A DNA stretch of 40,542 nucleotides from an uncultured Clostridia bacterium (GTDB taxonomy: Bacteria; Bacillota; Clostridia; Saccharofermentanales; DTU023): contig CAMYEY010000001.1 of assembly GCA_947254895.1 (NCBI GenBank), positions 1 to 40,542 of the forward strand, written 5' to 3'. Under the pieces are notes generated by a model. That model ran no database searches. It saw only the letters and a program-made list of their open reading frames with translations, and was not told the DNA's origin. The position numbers and the translations under genes are program-made. Positions 7,138 to 14,571 of this stretch are shown piece after piece. Position 1 is the first letter of the stretch; every line of letters begins with the position of its first letter.

Positions 7138-8034
7138 TTAGTCCGGTATGGTAGCTGTAAGAATTATGTAGCCGGTGTTGTCGGGTGAATAGGTAACATG
7201 TTTAAGGCCTTTGGGTAGGCGGACCGGATCGCCAATTTTTTGTCGGCTGACCAAATAGTGGACGCCTTGGTGATCAAGGTCATATATCTCACCCGGGACC
7301 AGATGGTCAATATACTCTTCGAGCGTCCACCATTCCATCTCCATGATGACAGAATGGGGTAGGCCAACATAGCGGATATGCCAAGGCTCAAAAGGAATAC
7401 CTGTAATATCCTCTTTGCCTTGAGCATAACGAATGATAAAGCCGTATTCAGAGCAATTTGAATTAACAAACTGGCCGGCAGGGCATTCAATAAAGTTGAG
7501 ACCGGCAAATTGGGCGACGTAAACATCTATTGCAAGTCCTGTTTGATGTTCGGTCATTCCCGGTGGGAGGGAGTAGACGGGGTCTTCTTTATGGATCTCG
7601 GCTTGCTCCTCATAGGTTCGGTAGAGTGAACTGATATAAAGAGTGTCGCCGGTTTCCCGACTGACAGCATCGGAGAGTTGGCCGTAAGCATCAAGGCAGG
7701 CCCGGTTCATGTAAACTGTGCTATCCCTATATTCAGCTAAGTCCGGTTCAAATCCATCTGGTAGAGGGTGGTCTCTGTTAATTAAGAGTAGGCTCTGGTC
7801 CTCTTGCCAATCAGGCTCAGCAGCGAGATCATAACTGACAAGTTCCATCCCGGTCTTATAGCTTTTCCAATTTATGGCATTATCGGACCTAATGAAGATG
7901 CTTTGAATTTTATAAAGAAGGTCTGGCCTGGAAATAAGAAAGACTATCCCGGTAATGAGAACCAAGGTGAGGGTGGCTAAAACAAGCAGGCCGGTGTGCC
8001 TAACATTGCGGCGGGATCTTCTTTGCTTGGTCAT
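7138..8034 (-). CDS. VanY-family D-alanyl-D-alanine carboxypeptidase (peptidase M15B), membrane anchored
   Basis: Motifs LLLINRDHPLP, SLYRTYEEQ, SEHQTGLAIDV-like (TEHQTGLAIDV) and EPWHIRYVG. N-terminal TM anchor. The start is chosen at the ATG 8034-8032, preceded by GGAGG, rather than the upstream ATG at 8085. Confidence 0.85.
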   Translation of the reverse strand: MTKQRRSRRNVRHTGLLVLATLTLVLITGIVFLISRPDLLYKIQSIFIRSDNAINWKSYKTGMELVSYDLAAEPDWQEDQSLLLINRDHPLPDGFEPDLAEYRDSTVYMNRACLDAYGQLSDAVSRETGDTLYISSLYRTYEEQAEIHKEDPVYSLPPGMTEHQTGLAIDVYVAQFAGLNFIECPAGQFVNSNCSEYGFIIRYAQGKEDITGIPFEPWHIRYVGLPHSVIMEMEWWTLEEYIDHLVPGEIYDLDHQGVHYLVSRQKIGDPVRLPKGLKHVTYSPDNTGYIILTATIPD

Positions 8035-8134
8035 TTCAACCTCCATTCTGTCCTGTATTTTAATGCGGTAGGATAGGCCAGTCAATTTTCTTAATGATTC
8101 TTAAGGAACTCTGACTTGCAAAGCAAAATCCCGT

Positions 8135-8163
8135 TTGACAAGATTTTCTAAAGCAGGTACGAT
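8135..8163 (+). promoter_or_regulatory. SigA-type promoter of rpmE
   Basis: TTGACA (8135-8140), 17 nt, TACGAT (8158-8163). Confidence 0.5.
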
Positions 8164-8250
8164 TATCTAGCTGATTATAGCCAATTAACTCCTGCCGCAA
8201 TCGTGAATCCAAATGGCTCACGGGCGGTACGGGCATGTGAGGTGAAACAA

Positions 8251-8466
8251 ATGAAAGATGGAATTCATCCAAAATATGGAAAATGTGTGGTTCGTTGTGC
8301 CTGTGGTGAAACTTTTGAAACAGGTTCAATCTTAGAGAGCATTTCAGTTGATATTTGTTCTAAATGCCACCCTTTCTATACAGGACGTCAAAAACTGGTA
8401 GATACCGGTGGTCGGGTTGATAAGTTTAAACGCCGTATGGATCGTGCAGCTAACAAGAGCAAATAA
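8251..8466 (+). CDS. rpmE: 50S ribosomal protein L31 (Cys-containing, zinc-type)
   Basis: MKDGIHPKY... is the canonical L31 N-terminus, with CAC...CSKC cysteines. RBS GTGAGGTGA. The start is at the internal ATG 8251 of the listed ORF. Confidence 0.92.
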   Translation: MKDGIHPKYGKCVVRCACGETFETGSILESISVDICSKCHPFYTGRQKLVDTGGRVDKFKRRMDRAANKSK

Positions 8467-8486
8467 AAAGCTGAGACCAGACCAAC

Positions 8487-8526
8487 AAAGGGAGTGCGTA
8501 CGATTTGTACCTACTCCTTTTTTCTT
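8487..8526 (+). terminator. Rho-independent terminator after rpmE
   Basis: AAAGGGAGT ... ACTCCTTTT stem with an internal GTAC/GTAC helix, followed by a T6 run. Confidence 0.7.
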
Positions 8527-8528
8527 GA

Positions 8529-9422
8529 GTGCACAATTTACCTATGCAAAGTATAGATAACCTAATTCGGTGGGCAAGCCCCAACCTTTCAGCGGCTGGA
8601 GTGGACCAGCCTAAGAGGGAGGCCAGGCTTATTTTAGAACTGGTTTCCAAAATTTCTCTAGCTAGGCAATTAGCAGAGCCGGCCCGGCTTTTGGAGGATG
8701 GCGAGATAGAGCAGTTTAGGACCATGGTCAAGGAGCGCTCTATGGGTAAACCTTTTGCTTATCTCAGTGGTTGGGCTGACTTTTATGGTCGGGCTTTTTT
8801 GGTTGACAATTGTTTGATCCCGAGGCCGGAGACAGAACTGCTCGTGAGCCGGGCCTTAGACTTAGATTTACCAAGGAAGCCACGGATTCTTGATCTCTGC
8901 ACCGGATCCGGTTGTCTTGGTATAAGCGTTTATTTAGAATTGATCCGAAAATCCTATGAGCCTAGCCTAGTCATGACTGATATTTCTCCGAAAAGTCTGG
9001 TTACCTGCCGGAAAAATCTGGACCGTTATATTAGAGAAGGAGGCCGGGCTATTTGTCTGAAGGCAGATCTTTTTCCACAAACTCTCCTTGAGACAGGAGG
9101 GGAGCCAGGTTTTGATCTCATCTTGGCTAACCCGCCCTATATCAAAAGTTCTGACCTAGCACAGTTGGAGACCACAGTCAGAGACTTTGAACCGGCTGAA
9201 GCTTTGGATGGAGGTACGGATGGCTTGCTTTTCTACCGGCGGATAGCGGCAGAAATTAAGCCTTTTTTAGCTACCTCAAAGAGCTTCCTTTTGATCGAAC
9301 ATGGGGCAGGCCAACGGGAGGACATTTTGGCTATTTTCCAAAGTTCGGGTCTTGCTTTTCAACAAAGCATAATGCAAGATGATTGGCAGGGTCATGACCG
9401 CCTGCTGGGTTTCTTCCTCTAG
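8529..9422 (+). CDS. prmC: Release-factor glutamine N5-methyltransferase PrmC (HemK)
   Basis: SAM-binding motif ILDLCTGSGCLG and catalytic NPPY (LANPPYI). Adjacent to prfA. The start is uncertain (GTG 8529 or ATG 8544) and neither has a visible SD. Confidence 0.85.
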   Translation: MHNLPMQSIDNLIRWASPNLSAAGVDQPKREARLILELVSKISLARQLAEPARLLEDGEIEQFRTMVKERSMGKPFAYLSGWADFYGRAFLVDNCLIPRPETELLVSRALDLDLPRKPRILDLCTGSGCLGISVYLELIRKSYEPSLVMTDISPKSLVTCRKNLDRYIREGGRAICLKADLFPQTLLETGGEPGFDLILANPPYIKSSDLAQLETTVRDFEPAEALDGGTDGLLFYRRIAAEIKPFLATSKSFLLIEHGAGQREDILAIFQSSGLAFQQSIMQDDWQGHDRLLGFFL

Positions 9423-9582
9423 GCCTTTTGGCTTGCTTGTATTAAAATTAAATGACCAGTAGTTGCGGCTGATCATGGCCGTTTAAACGATAGTTTATGG
9501 GCAGATAAACGAGAAGAAAATAAGTAGGTATCCATGTAAGCTGTGCTGCAGATCGCCGGCATAAGCAAAGACAGGAGCTAGA

Positions 9583-10650
9583 ATGGACAATAAATTAGAA
9601 ACCACAATAAGTCGCTATGAGGAGCTTAGTATGATGCTCTCGGATCCGGCTATCATCAGTGATCAGACTCGTTACTTGGAGCTTTTGAAAGAGTTTGGTG
9701 AACTTGAGCCCTTATATAAGGATGTAACAAGGTTAAACCAGGTAGAGCAAGAATTAGCGGAAAATAAACAGCTTATGCGGGATGAGTCAGACCAGGACTT
9801 TAAAAGCATGATTAGGGATGAGATCGCTGAGCTCGAAATAGAGCAGGAAGCTTTGACCGAACGCATCCGTCTGGCTATGATTCCCAAAGACCCCAATGAT
9901 GAAAAATCTGTCATTGTCGAAATTAGGGCTGGTGCCGGAGGTGATGAGGCAGCCCTCTTTGCAGCCGAACTTTATCGGATGTATGCCGCCTATGCTGAGG
10001 CCCACGGCTGGCCCTATAGCATCATTGATTTGTCGGAAAATGAAATTGGTGGCTTTAAAGAAGTAGTCTTTGAAATCGATGGGCAAGGTGCGTATTCAAG
10101 GCTTAAATTTGAGAGTGGTGTCCACCGGGTCCAGCGAGTACCGGAGACTGAAGCTGGTGGCAGAATCCACACTTCAACCGTTACCGTGGCGGTTTTGCCT
10201 GAAGCTGAGGAGGTTGATGTAACCATTAACCCGGCAGATCTTCAGATTGACACCTATCGGGCTTCCGGGGCTGGTGGGCAGCACGTTAATAAAACTAGCT
10301 CGGCTATCCGGATTACCCACCTACCCACAGGTATGGTAGTTACCTGCCAAGACCAAAGGTCTCAGCATAAAAACAAAGATAAAGCCATGCAGGTCTTACG
10401 TGCGAGACTCTATGAAAAAGAGCAAAAAGCTCAAGATGCTGCGATAGCTAGTGACCGCCGAGACCAGGTGGGAACAGGTGACCGGAGTGAGCGGATCAGG
10501 ACCTATAACTTTCCCCAAGGCCGGGTGACCGACCATAGAATTAATATGACTGTTTACCAGCTCGACAATGTCTTAGCCGGTGACCTTGATCCCTTTATCA
10601 ATGGCCTTCAGGCAGCCGCCCACGAAAAGGCTATGGAAAGCCACAACTAG
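9583..10650 (+). CDS. prfA: Peptide chain release factor 1
   Basis: GGQ motif ([11 protein letters not shown]), RF1 tripeptide context PxT region, 355 aa, RBS CAGGAG. Confidence 0.95.
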   Translation: MDNKLETTISRYEELSMMLSDPAIISDQTRYLELLKEFGELEPLYKDVTRLNQVEQELAENKQLMRDESDQDFKSMIRDEIAELEIEQEALTERIRLAMIPKDPNDEKSVIVEIRAGAGGDEAALFAAELYRMYAAYAEAHGWPYSIIDLSENEIGGFKEVVFEIDGQGAYSRLKFESGVHRVQRVPETEAGGRIHTSTVTVAVLPEAEEVDVTINPADLQIDTYRASGAGGQHVNKTSSAIRITHLPTGMVVTCQDQRSQHKNKDKAMQVLRARLYEKEQKAQDAAIASDRRDQVGTGDRSERIRTYNFPQGRVTDHRINMTVYQLDNVLAGDLDPFINGLQAAAHEKAMESHN

Positions 10651-10739
10651 GGGTATAAACGGACTTTTTAAGAAAAAGTGATTCTAGAGAAAAGTTATTT
10701 GAAGAGAGGTAAAGACGGAATAAGCCGGTAGATGGTAAG

Positions 10740-11855
10740 ATGAAAACACAACTGATTAACCTATATCCCGATTTTAACTTAGCAGACCTGAGACCTGCTG
10801 CCCGGGCCATTCGAGAAGGCCAGTTGGTAGCTTTCCCCACGGAAACGGTCTATGGGCTGGGTGCCTCTGCTCTTGCTCCTGAAGCAATTAAGCAGGTCTT
10901 TAGAGTAAAAGGGCGCCCTCAGGATAATCCTTTGATTGTCCATCTTAGCAAGATAGAAGATTTAGATAAGGTGGCTGTTAACATACCGGAGACGGCTTAT
11001 AGGGTCCTCGAAGACTTTGCCCCGGGCCCCCTGACTATTATTGTCGAAAAGGCCCCAAACTTATCTGATGAAATTACTGCAGGCCTCACGACTGTAGCTA
11101 TCCGCTTCCCGGAAAATCGGGTCGCCAGGGCTTTAATTGAGGAAGCAGGGGTGCCGATAGTTGCTCCCTCAGCCAACCTTTCCGGTAAGCCTTCTCCTAC
11201 TAAAGCCTGGCATGTTATGCAAGATCTTGACGGCAAAGTTCCTTATGTTTTAGACGGTGGACCTTGCAGGTGTGGTCTAGAGTCTACGATTCTTGACCTG
11301 ACCTCTGATCCTGCGGAGATACTACGACCGGGCTTGGTTTCAGCCAGTGAGATCAGCAGGCGGACAGGACTTTTCGTTAAGGATTACCGAGCCCCTCAAA
11401 AAGCCATTGAAAAGCCTAAGGCTCCGGGACAAAAATACCGTCATTATTCTCCCACGGCAAAGGTTTTAATCCTAGGACTAGCTGGAGATCGACCAAGGCT
11501 AGAACGCTTGGAAGAAGGAATTTTAAACTTCATGGCTACGGAAGCAGGCTTAGAGGCGGTAGCTAGAAAAAGGCTGAGACTGGGTTTATTCTTTGCAGAT
11601 TCTTTTGCTCAAGAGTTTGAGAAAGCTGAATTTTTATTGAATCTAGAAAAAAAGCTGGGCGTTGACCTAGAAAGTCAGCAGCACACTTATGATAATAGCC
11701 AAGGGGCGGGACAAGCAGCCCACGACCTCTTCGACCAATTTAGAGAGTTTGACCGGATAGGGGTTGACCTGATAATATGTACGGCTGAAGCTTCCAAAGA
11801 AGCGGGGATTGCTTACATGAACCGCTTGGGTAAGGCTGCCAGCTATAGGGTATAG
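10740..11855 (+). CDS. tsaC: L-threonylcarbamoyladenylate synthase (Sua5/YwlC/TsaC type, long form)
   Basis: YrdC-domain motifs (FPTETVYGLGA, KGRPQDNPLIVH, APSANLSGKPSPT) plus a C-terminal Sua5 domain. Synteny prfA-prmC-ywlC-ywlE. Confidence 0.88.
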   Translation: MKTQLINLYPDFNLADLRPAARAIREGQLVAFPTETVYGLGASALAPEAIKQVFRVKGRPQDNPLIVHLSKIEDLDKVAVNIPETAYRVLEDFAPGPLTIIVEKAPNLSDEITAGLTTVAIRFPENRVARALIEEAGVPIVAPSANLSGKPSPTKAWHVMQDLDGKVPYVLDGGPCRCGLESTILDLTSDPAEILRPGLVSASEISRRTGLFVKDYRAPQKAIEKPKAPGQKYRHYSPTAKVLILGLAGDRPRLERLEEGILNFMATEAGLEAVARKRLRLGLFFADSFAQEFEKAEFLLNLEKKLGVDLESQQHTYDNSQGAGQAAHDLFDQFREFDRIGVDLIICTAEASKEAGIAYMNRLGKAASYRV

Positions 11856-12009
11856 GTGGAAACTTTAAGTTTTAGCGATGAACAGAGCTGTTAAATATAA
11901 GATAAGTTTAAACTTTAAGTGTAAAAAATCGCTATAATAAGCTTTATAATTTTCTAAGACCTCACTCACTGCAGTGATGGGCCTGTTAGATTGGAATAAT
12001 GGAGAACAT

Positions 12010-12489
12010 ATGAAATTATTAGATTCAAAGCAAGACCATTTGTTGTTTGTATGCACCGGCAATACCTGCCGGAGCCCTATGGCTGCGGCTGTGTTTAATC
12101 ATTTCGCTGAAGAAAAAAATAGCAGTTGGTTTGCCCAGTCTGCCGGCTTGGCGGCAGAAACGGGAGTATCCGTTTCGCCTAACGCCGTTACTGCATTGAA
12201 AGACTATGGCATTTACGTTGAAGACCATATTTCCTATCAATTAGAGGAGAGAATGATCCGCGATTCCAAACTGGTTTTAACGATGACTGAGACCCAGCGA
12301 GACCTACTCAGGATTTATTATCCTGCTTTTAAAGATAAGATCTTAAGTCTGGCAGAATTTTCCGGCCACCAGGGTGATATAGAGGACCCCTATGGTAAAG
12401 ATTTGATCGAATATCAAAAGTTAGCTCGGACATTCATGGACATTATGCCCCATGTGGTCGATAAATTGACGCATGAAACAGAAGTGTGA
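12010..12489 (+). CDS. ywlE: Low-molecular-weight protein phosphatase (arginine/tyrosine phosphatase, YwlE-like)
   Basis: P-loop CTGNTCRSPMA (CX5R) and the DP motif (IEDPYG). The start is chosen at ATG 12010 after GGAGA. Sits downstream of tsaC, as in Bacillus. Confidence 0.85.
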   Translation: MKLLDSKQDHLLFVCTGNTCRSPMAAAVFNHFAEEKNSSWFAQSAGLAAETGVSVSPNAVTALKDYGIYVEDHISYQLEERMIRDSKLVLTMTETQRDLLRIYYPAFKDKILSLAEFSGHQGDIEDPYGKDLIEYQKLARTFMDIMPHVVDKLTHETEV

Positions 12490-12495
12490 TAAACT
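12466..12495 (+). promoter_or_regulatory. Promoter of the rpsF-ssb-rpsR operon
   Basis: TTGACG (12466-12471), 18 nt, TAAACT (12490-12495), with an extended -10 TG at 12487-12488. It overlaps the 3' end of the ywlE-like gene. Confidence 0.45.
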
Positions 12496-12612
12496 AATAA
12501 AGTCTAATCAAATTAAATATATGGACTAGATCCTTAAGTGGATCGTGCATTTTACAAATGCATTCCTCGCTCAATTCAATTAGAGCCATTAGACCGAGAG
12601 GAGGTGAACAAG

Positions 12613-12900
12613 TTGTCAAGACAATACGAATTACTTTACGTGCTCAATCCGTCAGTTGGTGAAGAAGCTATTGAGTCTTTAACTCAAAAAATTCAAGCTT
12701 TGCTTGAAACAAAAGCTGAGGACATCAAGACAGATGTGTGGGGACTGAGACGTCTCGCTTACGAGATCGAAGACGAAACCGAAGGTTATTATGTTTTAGT
12801 TAATTTCAAATCTGAACCTGAATTTCCACTAGAAATTAATCGTGTTTTAAGAATTACTGATAACGTTTTGCGTTATTTGGTAACTGCGGTTAAGGAGTAA
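12613..12900 (+). CDS. rpsF: 30S ribosomal protein S6
   Basis: (M)SRQYELLYVLNP... is the typical S6 N-terminus. TTG start at 12613, 8 nt after GAGGAGGTG. The longer listed ORF (from 12538) lacks an RBS. Confidence 0.9.
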   Translation: MSRQYELLYVLNPSVGEEAIESLTQKIQALLETKAEDIKTDVWGLRRLAYEIEDETEGYYVLVNFKSEPEFPLEINRVLRITDNVLRYLVTAVKE

Positions 12901-12924
12901 CAGACAGAAGAGAAAGGTCAAAAT

Positions 12925-13410
12925 ATGAACAAAGCAATATTAATGGGAAGACTAACTAAAGACCCGGAACTCAGAACGACCCAGAGCAACATTTCTGTGT
13001 GTTCTTTCACCTTAGCCTGTGATAGGCGTTTTAAAAATCAACAAGGTGAGAGAGAAACTGACTTTATCCCTTGTGTAGCGTGGCGGCAGACCGCAGAGTT
13101 TGTAGCCCGTTACTTTGAGAAGGGAGCAAGAGTTTGCGTAGTCGGTTCCATCCAACCTAGAAGTTGGGAGGATGATAAGGGTGAGCGCCGTTATATAACT
13201 GAGGTCATCGTAGATGAAGCTTACTTTGCTGATAACAAGAGGCAGACTGATGACAATGGTCTTGGTTATTCTAGGAATAATTCTCAGCAGAATTACTCTA
13301 AGGGCAGTAACTACGATCAGCAGACCAAGGCGGACCAGGGTATGGCTATACCCCAAGGCGATGGTTTTATGCCGGAAGTTGATGACACTTCTCTACCTTT
13401 TGACCTTTAA
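12925..13410 (+). CDS. ssb: Single-stranded DNA-binding protein
   Basis: OB-fold N-terminus MNKAILMGRLTKDPELR, Gln/Asn/Gly-rich linker, acidic C-terminal tip DDTSLPFDL. Located between rpsF and rpsR. Confidence 0.93.
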   Translation: MNKAILMGRLTKDPELRTTQSNISVCSFTLACDRRFKNQQGERETDFIPCVAWRQTAEFVARYFEKGARVCVVGSIQPRSWEDDKGERRYITEVIVDEAYFADNKRQTDDNGLGYSRNNSQQNYSKGSNYDQQTKADQGMAIPQGDGFMPEVDDTSLPFDL

Positions 13411-13450
13411 TTCATTTTAATTTTCTTTAATTTTGAAAGGAGTTTGACTG

Positions 13451-13705
13451 ATGGCAGATAACAGGAAAGGCGGTCGCAAAAGTTTCCGCCCACGCCGTGG
13501 TCGTAGAAAAGTTTGTCATTTTTGTGCTGAACACATTGAGCACATTGACTATAAAGACGTAAGTACCTTACAGAGGTATGTCTCAGAGAGCGGTAAGATT
13601 TTACCGCGTCGTATGTCGGGCACATGTGCTAAGCACCAAAGAGAGATAGCAACAGCAATTAAACGTGCTCGCCAAATGGCATTGCTTTCCTACACGGGAG
13701 AATAA
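13451..13705 (+). CDS. rpsR: 30S ribosomal protein S18
   Basis: [11 protein letters not shown]...IDYKDV..L.RYVSE.GKILPRR.SG.CAKHQR is the canonical S18 pattern. RBS AAAGGAG. Confidence 0.95.
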   Translation: MADNRKGGRKSFRPRRGRRKVCHFCAEHIEHIDYKDVSTLQRYVSESGKILPRRMSGTCAKHQREIATAIKRARQMALLSYTGE

Positions 13706-13774
13706 TTTAGCAATTTGAACTCTGGTTGAACCATGACATTCAGCCAGGAGAATTATTTATCTGGAGGATAGTAA

Positions 13775-14410
13775 ATGAAAGTCATTTTAATAGAAGACAT
13801 CAATAATTTGGGCCAGGCCGGTGAGATCGTTGAGGTTAAACGTGGCTATGCTAACAATTATTTATTGCGTCAAAATTTAGCTGTTAGAGCTAATAAAGTT
13901 AATTTAAACCAACTAAAGACCCAACAAAGGGCTTTTGAAGCTAAACGGGCCAAGAGCTTGGCTGATGCTCAAGAAAAAGCAGACCAGATCAGGGATAAAG
14001 AGTTCACCATCAAGGTTAGGACGGGTGAGGCCGGCCGTTTGTTTGGTGCTGTAACTAATATCAACGTGGCAGAGGCTTTACGTGAGGCTGGTTATGATGT
14101 TGAGCGCCGGGATATCTCCTTGTTAGATCAGATCAAGGAGATTGGAACTTACAAGGCCAACATCAAACTGCATCCTGAGGTCAGCGTCGACTTCATCATC
14201 CATGTTGAGGACGAAGATCCCCGTAAACAACAGATGCTAGTTGCTGCTAAAGAAGCTGCTGAAGCTAAGGATCAGGCTGAAGCTGCCGAAGCCAAGGCTA
14301 ATGCTGAAGCTAAAGCTGTGGAAGCTGAGATTGCAGCTACAGTTGCTGCTGCTGAGGCCGCTGAAGCCGAAGAATCTGAAGTAGTTATTGAAGCTATTGA
14401 AGAAGTGTAA
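13775..14410 (+). CDS. rplI: 50S ribosomal protein L9 with a roughly 60-aa Ala/Glu-rich C-terminal extension
   Basis: MKVILIEDINNLGQAGEIVEVKRGYANNYL is the canonical L9 N-domain. The C-domain ends near VEDED. It is then followed by the tail AAKEAAEAKDQAEAAEAKANAEAKAVEAE.... Confidence 0.9.
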   Translation: MKVILIEDINNLGQAGEIVEVKRGYANNYLLRQNLAVRANKVNLNQLKTQQRAFEAKRAKSLADAQEKADQIRDKEFTIKVRTGEAGRLFGAVTNINVAEALREAGYDVERRDISLLDQIKEIGTYKANIKLHPEVSVDFIIHVEDEDPRKQQMLVAAKEAAEAKDQAEAAEAKANAEAKAVEAEIAATVAAAEAAEAEESEVVIEAIEEV

Positions 14411-14513
14411 GCTTAAGGCATAGACTGGTTTATCACTTTATTAGACCGGCTTGATAGTAGGGGCTTACCGGACGAGTTTTGTTACGGTTAGTCTCGCCAA
14501 TAGGAACAATGAT

Positions 14514-14542
14514 AGGCTAGCTTGCTTTCTGTAAGCTAGCCT
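14514..14542 (+). terminator. Perfect 10-bp hairpin between rplI and dnaB (terminator/attenuator-like, no T tract)
   Basis: AGGCTAGCTT (14514-14523), loop GCTTTCTGT, AAGCTAGCCT (14533-14542). It shares the GATAGGCTAGC...GCTAGCCT core with the hairpin at 19765-19787. Confidence 0.4.
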
Positions 14543-14571
14543 AATTAGAATCATGGGGGGATTTTCGCAAA

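Noticed and set aside
9423-9582. 160-nt prmC-prfA spacer examined for a regulatory RNA or promoter.
   Set aside because: I saw only weak, short inverted repeats and no convincing -35/-10 pair or conserved motif.
13012-13420. 114-aa antisense ORF and 68-aa alternative-frame ORF over ssb.
   Set aside because: The ssb frame is unambiguous (OB fold plus acidic tip). The alternatives lack starts with an RBS.
14240-14400. Short periodic GCTGAAGCT-type repeats that could superficially look like a repeat array.
   Set aside because: They are in-frame codon repeats encoding the Ala/Glu tail of L9. They have no spacer/repeat organisation, so this is not a CRISPR array or a satellite.
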